Source: an uncultured Thermodesulfobacteriota bacterium (GTDB taxonomy: Bacteria > Desulfobacterota_D > UBA1144 > Nemesobacterales > UBA2774). From it: DNA of 64,000 nucleotides. Within the stretch, counting starts at the first letter, position 1, and every line of letters starts with the position of its first letter. The stretch covers positions 789,713 through 853,712 of the forward strand of contig CALOCI010000004.1 in NCBI GenBank assembly GCA_942491865.1. The letters are read 5' to 3'. Shown piece by piece: positions 45,547-55,269 of this stretch. The notes beneath the pieces were generated by a model. That model made no database searches. It saw only the letters and a program-made list of their open reading frames with translations, and had not been told where the DNA came from. The position numbers and the translations under genes are program-made.

Positions 45547-46431
45547 ATGATATCAAAGTTAATCCAAAGAACATTCTTAGTAACTATACTTCTAATTATT
45601 ACAGCTACTTACAGCTACTCAGATAATAAGCCGCTGCGCATAGTGTCTTTATCTCCAAACCTGACTCAAGTTATTTACGCACTCGGGTATTTGGATCAGG
45701 TTGTAGGGGTAACCATCTACGATGAATACCCGCCTGAAGTTATTGACTTAGCCAAAGTAGGTGGATGGATTAACCCCAATTATGAAGCCATCTTAGCATT
45801 AAAACCTGATCTGGTTGTTTTAATGAAGGACCAGGATATTAGTTTTGGCGAGAAACTACGGAAACTCGGTCTTAAGACTTTTATAGCTAAGAGTAATGAT
45901 TCTATCAAGGATATAATACAAGCGATTACGGATCTTGGAGAAATCCTCGGAGAAAGCGAAAAAGCAAAAAAATTAACTTTAGGTATCCAATCAGATCTTA
46001 GAAAAATAGAACAGCAAACTAAAAACACAACAAAAAAAACAGTTTTACTCGTAGTTGGAAGAAACCCCGGAACTCTTGAAGATATATATGTGATAGGAAG
46101 AAATAATTATATTGATGAGCTCATCACTTTGGCTGGCGGTGAAAATGTAGTTCAAAACAAAAGGAACGCGCTAAAGATTACAAAAGAAGCAATATTCAGT
46201 TTTAACCCTGATGTAATAATAGAGATAAATCATCAAAAATTAGATAGAGAAGATCAGATTTTAGATATATGGAACAGTCTGAGTAGTGTAGACGCTATCG
46301 AAAACAACCAAGTATATGTTTTATCTAGCCAAGTTCTACTTCACCCAAGCCAAAGAATTGTCGGGGGTGCTCAAACATTAACTGATATTCTTCACCCTGA
46401 GATAAAAGAGAAATATGGAAACAATAATTAA
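45547..46431 (+). CDS. btuF: Periplasmic cobalamin/siderophore-type ABC substrate-binding protein (BtuF-like)
   Basis: Signal peptide. 'RIVSLSPNLTQVIYALG..DQVVGVT' and 'KPDLVVL' motifs. Confidence 0.75.
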   Translation: MISKLIQRTFLVTILLIITATYSYSDNKPLRIVSLSPNLTQVIYALGYLDQVVGVTIYDEYPPEVIDLAKVGGWINPNYEAILALKPDLVVLMKDQDISFGEKLRKLGLKTFIAKSNDSIKDIIQAITDLGEILGESEKAKKLTLGIQSDLRKIEQQTKNTTKKTVLLVVGRNPGTLEDIYVIGRNNYIDELITLAGGENVVQNKRNALKITKEAIFSFNPDVIIEINHQKLDREDQILDIWNSLSSVDAIENNQVYVLSSQVLLHPSQRIVGGAQTLTDILHPEIKEKYGNNN

Positions 46432-47188
46432 TTGTAGCGACATCGGTTTTTCTTATAATGGAACTACTGTTCTAAATGGAATAACCCTATCTATAGAATC
46501 TGGAAAGATGCTTGGAATTTTAGGTGCGAACGGGGCCGGGAAATCCACACTTCTAAAAATCCTATGCGGAGTACTTAAACCTAAAAGCGGTAGAGCCGTC
46601 TTTAGTGACCAGGAACTCTCAAAGATGGATAGAAGAGAGATTGCAAAGGGAATTGCCTATATTCCCCAAGACCCGATGTTTGCATTCCCTTTTACTGTTA
46701 GGGAAGTAGTGTTAATGGGTAGAGCTCCATATATTGGCAGGTTTGAATTTGAAAGAGAAGGAGATATTGAAATTGCTCAAAGCGCTTTGGAAACTGTGGG
46801 GATTGCACATCTAGAAAACCGCTTGATAAGTGAAGTCTCTTCCGGGGAAAGACAGCTTGCCTCTATCGCTCGAGGGCTTGTACAAGAGCCGGAAATAATG
46901 ATTTTAGATGAGCCCGCTACGTTCCTTGATGTAAAGCACAGAACAGAAATTATGAATATATTGAAACAGCTCAAAGAGAAAAAAGGAATATCTATAATTG
47001 CTGCAACACATGACATTTTCTCATCACTATTCTATTTTGACGAAATAATAATACTTAAAGACGGCAAAATACTTGCTGAAGGAAGAACTGATCAAGTTAT
47101 TAACAGTGAAATACTTAGCTTGGCATATGAAATTGAAGTTGTCGTAAAAAAGGAAAATGGTAGAGTCTTTGTTTTTCCAAATCAATAA
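46415..47188 (+). CDS. btuD: Cobalamin/iron-complex ABC transporter ATPase
   Basis: 'GANGAGKST', 'VSSGERQL' and 'IMILDEPATFLD'. 17-nt overlap with btuF. Confidence 0.85.
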   Translation: METIINCSDIGFSYNGTTVLNGITLSIESGKMLGILGANGAGKSTLLKILCGVLKPKSGRAVFSDQELSKMDRREIAKGIAYIPQDPMFAFPFTVREVVLMGRAPYIGRFEFEREGDIEIAQSALETVGIAHLENRLISEVSSGERQLASIARGLVQEPEIMILDEPATFLDVKHRTEIMNILKQLKEKKGISIIAATHDIFSSLFYFDEIIILKDGKILAEGRTDQVINSEILSLAYEIEVVVKKENGRVFVFPNQ

Positions 47189-47235
47189 TAATCATATTCT
47201 AAGCAATCTTTGAGCAAAACAGATAGATACTAACC

Positions 47236-48237
47236 ATGAGTACTAATAAGAAATTTCTAATCTCTATAACACTATTATTTATTTTATGGATAGTCACAGC
47301 ATTCATATCAATTTTCACTGGAACCTATAGCATTGGGCCGCTTGAAGCTATCTCAAATGTCGACGAACTATCTAAAACTATATTTTTTGAAATAAGAATA
47401 CCTAGAGTACTAATGGCAACTATCGCTGGGGGCACACTTGCTTTAACAGGAGCCGCTCTTCAGGCTCTATTTAGAAATTCACTTGCCTCCCCTTTTACAT
47501 TAGGAATATCCGGAGGAGCTTCCCTTGGAGCGCTTTTAGCAATTAGATCGGGACTAGCTGTAGGTGTTCTAGGATTCTCTTTGGTTTCAATCTCAGCTTT
47601 CGTTTTTTCTATACTAACAATGCTTTTTGTTTATACGATCTCTAAAGTAGGTGGAGTAGTGGCAACCGGTAGATTACTTTTAGCAGGTGTTGTAGCAAAC
47701 TTTTTATACGCTGCTATTGTCATGTTTATACAGTTCTTCTCTACTTTCACAGAATCTTTGCAAACTATGCGGTGGATCATGGGGAGTTTGGATGTTGTTG
47801 GATTCGATACAGTTTGGAAAACATTGATATTTGTAATACCGGGATGCGCAATTTTACTATCATCAGCAAAAGATATGAATCTATTTGGTCTAGGTGATGA
47901 TGTGGCATCATCTCTAGGTGTAAATGTCAGGTGGATGGAAAAGAAAATTTATTTTGCTACTTCTCTTGCGGCAGGAGCTGTAATATCAGTAACAGGGCCA
48001 ATTGGGTTTGTCGGACTTATTATCCCACATATATTGAGAATGCTATTGGGGGGAGATAATAGAATTATCCTTCCAAGCTCCTTTCTACTAGGAGCTACAT
48101 TCTTAACCGCTGCCGATACATTATCCAGAACTATAATTAGCCCCGTAGAAATTCCTGTCGGGATAATTACAGCATCTATAGGCGGCGTCTTCTTCCTTTG
48201 GTTACTTATAAAAACCAAAAAAGAAATTATCGTATAG
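47236..48237 (+). CDS. btuC: FecCD-family ABC permease (BtuC-like)
   Basis: 'RIPRVLMATIAGGTLALTGAALQALFRN.LASP' and a C-terminal 'GIITASIGGVFFLWLL'. Confidence 0.85.
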   Translation: MSTNKKFLISITLLFILWIVTAFISIFTGTYSIGPLEAISNVDELSKTIFFEIRIPRVLMATIAGGTLALTGAALQALFRNSLASPFTLGISGGASLGALLAIRSGLAVGVLGFSLVSISAFVFSILTMLFVYTISKVGGVVATGRLLLAGVVANFLYAAIVMFIQFFSTFTESLQTMRWIMGSLDVVGFDTVWKTLIFVIPGCAILLSSAKDMNLFGLGDDVASSLGVNVRWMEKKIYFATSLAAGAVISVTGPIGFVGLIIPHILRMLLGGDNRIILPSSFLLGATFLTAADTLSRTIISPVEIPVGIITASIGGVFFLWLLIKTKKEIIV

Positions 48238-48261
48238 CACCAAAATGGCACATTAGAATAA

Positions 48262-48286
48262 AGAAAAGCCCTAAATTAGCTTTTCT
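48262..48286. terminator. Hairpin terminator between convergent btuC and the 48322..48582 gene
   Basis: AGAAAAGC (48262-48269) pairs with GCTTTTCT (48279-48286). Confidence 0.5.
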
Positions 48287-48321
48287 TATGAGTTTTAAAG
48301 CTATAGCCAATTATCAAACTA

Positions 48322-48582
48322 TTAGTGAGCTTTAAAAGGATCATCGTCATCTGATCCCGCAGCTTCTGCAGGCGCTTCTGATGCAGGTGCTTCGGCTGCA
48401 GGCGCTGCTGCTGCTGAACCAAATTCACTACCATCAGTTACAGCATTATCTGCTGCCGGTGCTGGTGCTGCTGGGGCCTCCGGTGCTTCTGGTACTGCTT
48501 CAGCGGCTGGAGCAGCCTCTCCTTGCGGTGCAATAAAATACCAAGCTAGAAAAAACAACCCTATAACTATTAGTGTCCACAT
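48322..48582 (-). CDS. Small single-pass membrane protein with an Ala/Pro/Glu-rich low-complexity tail
   Basis: 'MWTLIVIGLFFLAWYFI' helix followed by an 'APAAEAVPEAPEAPAAPAPA...' tail. GGAGGAGA RBS. Confidence 0.45.
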   Translation of the reverse strand: MWTLIVIGLFFLAWYFIAPQGEAAPAAEAVPEAPEAPAAPAPAADNAVTDGSEFGSAAAAPAAEAPASEAPAEAAGSDDDDPFKAH

Positions 48583-48918
48583 CTTTATCTCCTCCTTATT
48601 AAGTTAATAATAATTCTAGATCTCTCTATACCAACTAAACCAATTTCTAACTAAAAACTATATTAAGATGATTTATTGTAGTGATTACAAAACCCTTACC
48701 CATAATATTCATTATATATCTTAATCAATGTTTCTAACTGATACCTTGATACTAATAAATTTTATAGGTATATGTCAAGCGAAAATTTACTTTGACAAGC
48801 AAAAAATATCTCATTTTCGTAAATTTATTATGAATAATCACAAAATAAGACTATAATCTGACAATAAATTATTGTTTCATTTTAAATATTCTCATCTTAG
48901 CCATATTGGAGATAAAGA

Positions 48919-49404
48919 TTGTTATCCCTGATTTTAAAACCATTATTTAAAAATTCAGATAGTAATATCAACGACCTGGAGCTTCCTTTCGATACGGAAA
49001 TATCTCTTTCCATGATTGAATCGGGCTGTATTTTTATTTCTTTATACCAAATGGCAACCCTATTTATTATAAGTCCACGAGAGGAATTATTACTGCTTAA
49101 TAATATTAACAAGATAACATTCAATTTTGAGTTAATCGAAAGACCTGAATTCCCCTCTGTAGGAATGCATATTGATATAAATACCGTATCCAATAATCCA
49201 TTTAAGTTTGAGTATTTCTTTAATACAGAATCTCCCGAAGAGGTAGAGTTACTTAAAAAGCTTACACAACAAGATCATTTTGATATGCTGTTATACGATA
49301 CTAAAGTCCTATACTCTAAAAAAATCATGCTCAGTAGAGATGACAAATTAGAGTTAACCTCTCTCATTGAAAAAGCTTCACAATCGTTTGACAAAATAGT
49401 TTGA
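48919..49404 (+). CDS. Hypothetical cytoplasmic protein (no recognisable family)
   Basis: GGAG lies 7 nt before the TTG at 48919. Longer than the overlapping antisense ORF 48897..49193. Confidence 0.4.
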   Translation: MLSLILKPLFKNSDSNINDLELPFDTEISLSMIESGCIFISLYQMATLFIISPREELLLLNNINKITFNFELIERPEFPSVGMHIDINTVSNNPFKFEYFFNTESPEEVELLKKLTQQDHFDMLLYDTKVLYSKKIMLSRDDKLELTSLIEKASQSFDKIV

Positions 49405-49467
49405 TTAACCGATAATATCAAATCATTCTAAAACATCCAATCAATAACTGCGGGAGTATTAATTAAC

Positions 49468-50445
49468 TTGAGTTTAGTAAAATTTCTTGGAATCGGCTCT
49501 TCGGCACCTGACAAAGTATTATCCAATGTAGACTTTGAGAAGATGATAGATACTTCAGATGAATGGATACGTTCTAGAACTGGTATTTCTGAGCGTAGAA
49601 TAGCTGAACCAGAGGTAGCATCATCCGATCTTGCCTATGAAGCATCAATAAAGGCATTAGAAGATGCCAATATAGGTCCTGAAGATATTGACGGAATTAT
49701 TGTGGGTACTATTACACCTGATTTTATTTTCCCTTCTACTGCTTGTGTATTGCAAGGGCGCCTTGGCGCTTATCAGGCCTTTGCTTTTGACGTTCTAGCA
49801 GGTTGTTCCGGATTTATATACGCACTACATGTTGCAAAAGGATTAATTCAAGGTGGCACAGCTAAGAAACTTCTAGTAGTGGGCGCAGAAACCCTATCAA
49901 AAATTATGAATTACGAAGATAGAACAACTTGCATTTTATTTGGAGACGGCGCTGGTGCAGCAGTTATTTCTGTCTCTGAAACTCCTGGCATCTTGTCTTC
50001 TTGCCTTGGCGCAAACGGCGATGGTTGGGACCTTCTATATATGCCTGGAGGCGGGTCACGAATTCCTACCTCGGAAGAAAGCCTTAAAAACGGCAGCCAC
50101 TTTTTAAAGATGGAAGGGAAGGAAGTATTTAAAGAAGCTGTAAAAGCCCTTCAGAATTCCTCTCTTGAAGCTATCGAGCAAGCTGGTATTACACCTGATG
50201 ATATAGATCTTCTAATCCCGCATCAAGCTAACTACAGAATCATCGACGCTGTCAGAAGACGTCTGGAGTTGCCAGAAGAAAAGGTTTTCAGTAACTTGGA
50301 CAGATATGGCAACACTTCTTCAGCTTCAGTCCCAATAGCGCTTGATGAGGCTGTAAAAAGCGGCAGATTGAAAAAGGGTGATATAGTAGTTTTCTCAGCA
50401 TTTGGCGCAGGATTCACCTGGGGCGCCTCAGTAGTAAGGTGGTAA
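49468..50445 (+). CDS. fabH: 3-oxoacyl-ACP synthase III
   Basis: 'SDEWIRSRTGI', active-site 'AGCSGF', 'HQAN' and 'GNTSSAS'. Confidence 0.92.
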   Translation: MSLVKFLGIGSSAPDKVLSNVDFEKMIDTSDEWIRSRTGISERRIAEPEVASSDLAYEASIKALEDANIGPEDIDGIIVGTITPDFIFPSTACVLQGRLGAYQAFAFDVLAGCSGFIYALHVAKGLIQGGTAKKLLVVGAETLSKIMNYEDRTTCILFGDGAGAAVISVSETPGILSSCLGANGDGWDLLYMPGGGSRIPTSEESLKNGSHFLKMEGKEVFKEAVKALQNSSLEAIEQAGITPDDIDLLIPHQANYRIIDAVRRRLELPEEKVFSNLDRYGNTSSASVPIALDEAVKSGRLKKGDIVVFSAFGAGFTWGASVVRW

Positions 50446-50580
50446 CTTTATCTTTTCATTATTAATTCCTATCAAACTCCCGCCAAGAACTTTTGAAATT
50501 TAGTTTACAATAACTGCTAAAATAAATATCCTAGTCTGAAAAAAAATTGGAGTATAAACATTTCAATTGTAATCATAAAT

Positions 50581-51435
50581 GTGGTTCTGCCTGTTTTTCT
50601 TATCGCAGCATTAGGATATATTTTTGGGAAAAGAAAGAAAATCGACCTTTCTTCTGTAAATGAGTTTGTCATTTATCTGGCAACTCCTGCACTAGTAATT
50701 TCCTCACTATCACATGACAAGATTGAACTAAGCCTGGCTGCAACAGTGTTTGCAGCAGTTTGTATCATCGTTGGAATTACATCAGTTATCGGTTACCTGA
50801 CGATAAAGAAAATGGGTCTACCAATAAAGGTATATTTATCTCCAATTCTTTTCGCCAACACCGGCAATATGGGCCTCCCCTTGATTTTATTCGCTTTTGG
50901 AGAAACCGGGTTCTACATCGGAATACTCTACATGGTCTCAACTACAGTGCTGCATTACTCAGTCGGCATTATGATATTGAATTATGATAAAAGCCCACTT
51001 GAAATACTTAAACTTCCGCTTATTTACTCAGCAGTATTAGGTCTATTAATAAGTGTTGCGGAAATTCAGGTTCCGATTGCTATAGACAGAGCAGTGCATC
51101 TGCTTGGTGAAGCTAGCATACCCACTATGATATTTGCTCTGGGCTATAAGCTTTCCGAAGTACGGCTAAACCAAGTGGGCAGATCATTTTTATTTGGCGG
51201 CATGAGAGTATTAGTTGGCGTAATGGCTGGAGCGCTTGTAGTCTGGTTATTTAAACTAGAGGGGATGGTAGCTCAAGTTATAATTTTACAATCGGCAATG
51301 CCGCCTGCAGTTTTTAACTTTGTGCTTGCTGAGAAATACAATCAGGACTCAAAAACTGTGGCTTCTATAATATTAGCCGGAACAATAATATCGATTATAA
51401 CCACACCCATTATTCTTGCTTTTTTAATGAATTAA
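50581..51435 (+). CDS. AEC (auxin efflux carrier) family transporter
   Basis: 'VLPVFLIAALGY' N-terminus and a roughly 10-TM pattern. The true start may be upstream (see findings). Confidence 0.85.
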   Translation: MVLPVFLIAALGYIFGKRKKIDLSSVNEFVIYLATPALVISSLSHDKIELSLAATVFAAVCIIVGITSVIGYLTIKKMGLPIKVYLSPILFANTGNMGLPLILFAFGETGFYIGILYMVSTTVLHYSVGIMILNYDKSPLEILKLPLIYSAVLGLLISVAEIQVPIAIDRAVHLLGEASIPTMIFALGYKLSEVRLNQVGRSFLFGGMRVLVGVMAGALVVWLFKLEGMVAQVIILQSAMPPAVFNFVLAEKYNQDSKTVASIILAGTIISIITTPIILAFLMN

Positions 51436-51486
51436 GGCCACATTCCTTTCTAAGAGATATTTTCAAATTAAAATAATGGACGTTAT

Positions 51487-52110
51487 ATGATAGAGCTGGA
51501 TTTATACTTAATATTTGTTGGAACATGTATTGTGTTAGGACTTATACCTGGTCCTAACGTTTCATTAATTGTAGCCAACAGCATTGCACATGGCACACGT
51601 TACGGTCTTATATCTGTAGCAGGAACAAGCTCTGCCATGCTGCCACAATTGACTCTTACAATTCTTGGCGCAACGACTTTGCTAACATTCATGGCTTCTG
51701 CATTTGAATTGTTAAGATGGCTGGGTGTTGCATATCTTCTCTATCTGGGCATTATGCACTTGCTTGCCAAAGAAAATGAAGATCTAATATTCAAGGCAGA
51801 CAAAAGAGTAAAAGTCCAAAAGAAAGTTTATTGGAGTGGTTTTTGGGTTTCCGCAACCAATCCAAAAACACTACTCTTTTTTGGCGCTTATCTTCCTCAG
51901 TTTGTTTCTCAGGAAGGCAATATAGCACTTCAAATGATTGTGCTTTCAGCGACTCTTATTATTGTTATCACGATTGTTGATAGCACCTGGGCTATACTTG
52001 CAGGGAGAATGCGTCCTTTATTATCAAAATATAACATTCTACATCGTCGTTTTAGCGGTATTTTTTTCATATTATCAGGAGCTGGATTAGCTTTAGCGAG
52101 AAGGTCTTAA
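51487..52110 (+). CDS. LysE/RhtB family amino-acid exporter
   Basis: 'LIPGPN', 'NPKTLLFF' and six hydrophobic segments. Confidence 0.85.
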   Translation: MIELDLYLIFVGTCIVLGLIPGPNVSLIVANSIAHGTRYGLISVAGTSSAMLPQLTLTILGATTLLTFMASAFELLRWLGVAYLLYLGIMHLLAKENEDLIFKADKRVKVQKKVYWSGFWVSATNPKTLLFFGAYLPQFVSQEGNIALQMIVLSATLIIVITIVDSTWAILAGRMRPLLSKYNILHRRFSGIFFILSGAGLALARRS

Positions 52111-52117
52111 CTAATTA

Positions 52118-53095
52118 TTATTCGTCCAGACAATCGACTCTAATAATAGGAGCCTCAAACCAGTGATGCTCTGTGTTATATAAGAAGCTCTTTCCACTTG
52201 GTAAATAAGTAAGACTTTCCTGCTGCGGTAAGGATCTAAGTTCAATTACTTTATAATCTTTGCCCTTTTTTAGTTGGCTTGTCGGTTTTATAAGTTGATT
52301 GGAAAGATCTATATTAAATTCAATTGCATTTTCGTAAGTTAAAACAATAAAACTCTTACCATCAGGGGCTATATCAAAAGCCGAGACAACTTGTCCGTAA
52401 GCTGTGGCGGCGGGATTGATGATCTCTAAATCTATTTCCCCTATGTAATCCACGGTTTTTATTTTATTTGCTTCATCTTGCCATTTTTGTGCGGGCAGTT
52501 TATATATTTTTGCAGGATAAGCCTCTAATTCTCTTAAGTTTTCTTCTTTTGTTATTATGTATATGTCTCCATTGGGATAAACAGCCATTCCTTCAGCATT
52601 ATGTGGACCATCCGGATATTTAATCTTTACTCTCTTAAGCGGTTTTACAAATGTCCCGTATTGTTCTAATTCCGGTACAATTATAATTTCTACATAATCT
52701 TTTCTAGCCCTGTTGTCACCGATGTCACCGATAAACAGACATGTTTTATCAAAACATTTACCTACACTGATATCTTCAAAATCTGATTGTTTTGAAAATT
52801 CACCCTCTATTCTGATTTTTTGTGTCCTATCACCTTTCATATCGGAAATATAGAAAAAATTTCCTCCGCCTGAATCGTTTATGTGATAGAGTCTTCCCGG
52901 ATACTTACTGGATGCCTGAAGACCACTAGCTTCATTGATCAAATTATGGTCTAGCGCCCCTATTTTTTTCCCTTCACCCCATTTACCACATATCCCCGCC
53001 AAACTCATTTCTGTAAGCAAGAAAGATGAGAATAGGGCGAAGGATAAAACGAAACTGTAGAGACTTACTTTAGGTTTATTGTATTTAATCATCAC
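52118..53095 (-). CDS. Secreted hypothetical protein, probably beta-propeller-like
   Basis: Signal peptide. 'NEASGL...HINDSGG', 'FEDISVG', 'IGDIGDN' and 'NAEGMAV' recurring blocks. Family not identified. Confidence 0.5.
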   Translation of the reverse strand: MMIKYNKPKVSLYSFVLSFALFSSFLLTEMSLAGICGKWGEGKKIGALDHNLINEASGLQASSKYPGRLYHINDSGGGNFFYISDMKGDRTQKIRIEGEFSKQSDFEDISVGKCFDKTCLFIGDIGDNRARKDYVEIIIVPELEQYGTFVKPLKRVKIKYPDGPHNAEGMAVYPNGDIYIITKEENLRELEAYPAKIYKLPAQKWQDEANKIKTVDYIGEIDLEIINPAATAYGQVVSAFDIAPDGKSFIVLTYENAIEFNIDLSNQLIKPTSQLKKGKDYKVIELRSLPQQESLTYLPSGKSFLYNTEHHWFEAPIIRVDCLDE

Positions 53096-53185
53096 GGTTT
53101 CTCACTAAATTATAACTAATATGATTTTACCTACGATAAATATCAGGCAGAATATCCTCAAAAGTATATTATCAAATTTGAAGAT

Positions 53186-54475
53186 ATGTCTAATAGAAAA
53201 ATAATAGGAAGTTCCAAGCCACTTAATGGTGAAATTACACCTCCTGGAGATAAGTCCATATCCCACAGATCCTTGATGCTGGGTTCACTTGCTACCGGGA
53301 CGACTTTAGTGAGAGATTTTTTAATATCCGACGATACTCTATCTACAGCAAATGCAATGCGGGCACTTGGGGCTTCAATTGAAATTAATGGAACCCGTGT
53401 AGTGGTTGAAGGAAATGGACTTCATGGTCTAAAAGAACCAGATCAAATTATAGACTGCGGTAACTCTGGCACTACGACAAGGCTTTTAATCGGTCTCTTA
53501 AGCCCTCAAGAATTTACAACAACACTCACTGGGGACAAATATCTCCAAGCCAGACCAATGAAAAGAGTTGTCGGACCACTTACACAAATGGGGGCTAATA
53601 TTGCAGGCAACGAAGAAGGTAATAAGCTCCCACTCACAATTACGGGAAGTAAACTCAAGGGCATTAGTTACGAACTGCCGGTAGCCAGTGCACAGGTAAA
53701 ATCGGCAATTTTACTTGCCGGGATGTATGCTGAGGGCGAAACGGAAGTAATTGAACCTTCAGCTTCAAGAGATCACACAGAGCGCATGCTCACATATCTT
53801 GGAGTACCGATCACTAAAAACGGAAACAGTATCAAAATTAACAAGGTCTCCAATATTATCTCAGGAGAAATTATAGTGCCATCTGATTTATCTTCTGCAG
53901 CGTTTTTTATAGTTGCAGCTCTTATCACTCCAGGTTCTGAAGTTGTTATAAAAAATGTTGGAATTAATCCGTTAAGAACCGGGATAATCGATATTTTAAA
54001 AAGAATGGGCGGAGATATAGAGATCATAAATGAAAGAGATGTAAATGGAGAGCCGATCGGAGATATTATTGCTAGAGCGAGCAATTTGCATGCAGCTGAG
54101 ATTGGTGGGGATATAATACCAAAAGCAATTGATGAACTCCCGCTGGTTGCAGTAGCAGCATCTTTTGCAGAAGGCACAACACTAATAAAAGATGCAAAAG
54201 AACTTAGAGTAAAAGAGACTGACAGGATCAACGCCATGGCTACTGAGCTTGGAAAATTAGGGGTTGAAGTAAAAGAATTTGAAGACGGGATGTCAATCAT
54301 GGGCACTGAATCACTTACCGGAGCCGTATGTTCAAGCTGGGGTGATCATAGAATAGCAATGTCTGTCGCAATTGCAGGTTTGAGAGCTAAAGGAGAGACA
54401 GAAATAGTTGATGCAGACTGCGTTTCTGTATCTTATCCAGACTTTTTTAAAGTATTAGATGAACTCCGCCAATAA
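53186..54475 (+). CDS. aroA: 3-phosphoshikimate 1-carboxyvinyltransferase (EPSP synthase)
   Basis: 'PGDKSISHRSLMLGSLA', 'CGNSGTTTRLL' and 'DHRIAMS'. Confidence 0.95.
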   Translation: MSNRKIIGSSKPLNGEITPPGDKSISHRSLMLGSLATGTTLVRDFLISDDTLSTANAMRALGASIEINGTRVVVEGNGLHGLKEPDQIIDCGNSGTTTRLLIGLLSPQEFTTTLTGDKYLQARPMKRVVGPLTQMGANIAGNEEGNKLPLTITGSKLKGISYELPVASAQVKSAILLAGMYAEGETEVIEPSASRDHTERMLTYLGVPITKNGNSIKINKVSNIISGEIIVPSDLSSAAFFIVAALITPGSEVVIKNVGINPLRTGIIDILKRMGGDIEIINERDVNGEPIGDIIARASNLHAAEIGGDIIPKAIDELPLVAVAASFAEGTTLIKDAKELRVKETDRINAMATELGKLGVEVKEFEDGMSIMGTESLTGAVCSSWGDHRIAMSVAIAGLRAKGETEIVDADCVSVSYPDFFKVLDELRQ

Positions 54476-54512
54476 ATAAATTATTCTATATCAATTAAGC
54501 CTGACAAAAAAA

Positions 54513-55187
54513 ATGAACCAAGATCTCATAATAACAATTGACGGTCCCTCAGGGGTCGGAAAAGGCACTGTTGCTAAGTCTGTAGCAAAAGTGCTGGGAC
54601 TAACCTATTTAGACACTGGAGCAATGTATAGAGCAGTTGCTCTTCAACTGACAAGAAATCCTATAAACATAGACAATGAAGCAGAACTCTTATCTTTATT
54701 AAACAATACTACAATTGGAATTGTGAACAGCCCAGATAATTTGCTTATGATTACTCTGAATAACGAAGATATAACCGATGAAATTAGATCACCCGAGATC
54801 TCACGTATTTCATCTGATGTGGCAACCAAGAAACTGGTTAGAGAAAAACTTGTTGAACTACAGAGGGGAATAGGACTAAACGGTAATATTGTAGTTGAGG
54901 GACGGGATATGGGGACTTATGTATTTCCACAAGCAACATTTAAGTTTTATTTAGATGCTACTCTTGAAGAAAGAGCTATCAGGAGAAGAAAGCAATTAAT
55001 AGAAAACAATATCAATGTTGACCTAGATAAGATGATAAAAGAGATAGAATTAAGGGACAAACAGGACAAAGGGCGTCTAGAATCTCCCTTGCATCCGGCC
55101 CCGAATGCAGTAATAATAGATACTACAAATCTTAATGCCGACGAAGTTACAAACAGAATTATTACAGAAGTTATGGTGAGTAAATAA
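54513..55187 (+). CDS. cmk: Cytidylate kinase
   Basis: 'ITIDGPSGVGKGTVAK', 'YLDTGAMYRA' and 'EGRDMGTYVFP'. Confidence 0.93.
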   Translation: MNQDLIITIDGPSGVGKGTVAKSVAKVLGLTYLDTGAMYRAVALQLTRNPINIDNEAELLSLLNNTTIGIVNSPDNLLMITLNNEDITDEIRSPEISRISSDVATKKLVREKLVELQRGIGLNGNIVVEGRDMGTYVFPQATFKFYLDATLEERAIRRRKQLIENNINVDLDKMIKEIELRDKQDKGRLESPLHPAPNAVIIDTTNLNADEVTNRIITEVMVSK

Positions 55188-55269
55188 AACCTACGCTAGC
55201 TAATTCTAATTCTAACAATGGAAATCGACCGGTAAATTTGATCACATCAAAATAATAGAAGGCAGGAAT

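Noticed and set aside
48897-49193. 98-aa minus-strand ORF overlapping the 48919..49404 ORF
   Set aside because: It is shorter than the plus-strand ORF and has no RBS. It would also run into the promoter-like region. The plus-strand ORF has GGAG at correct spacing, but both calls are weak.
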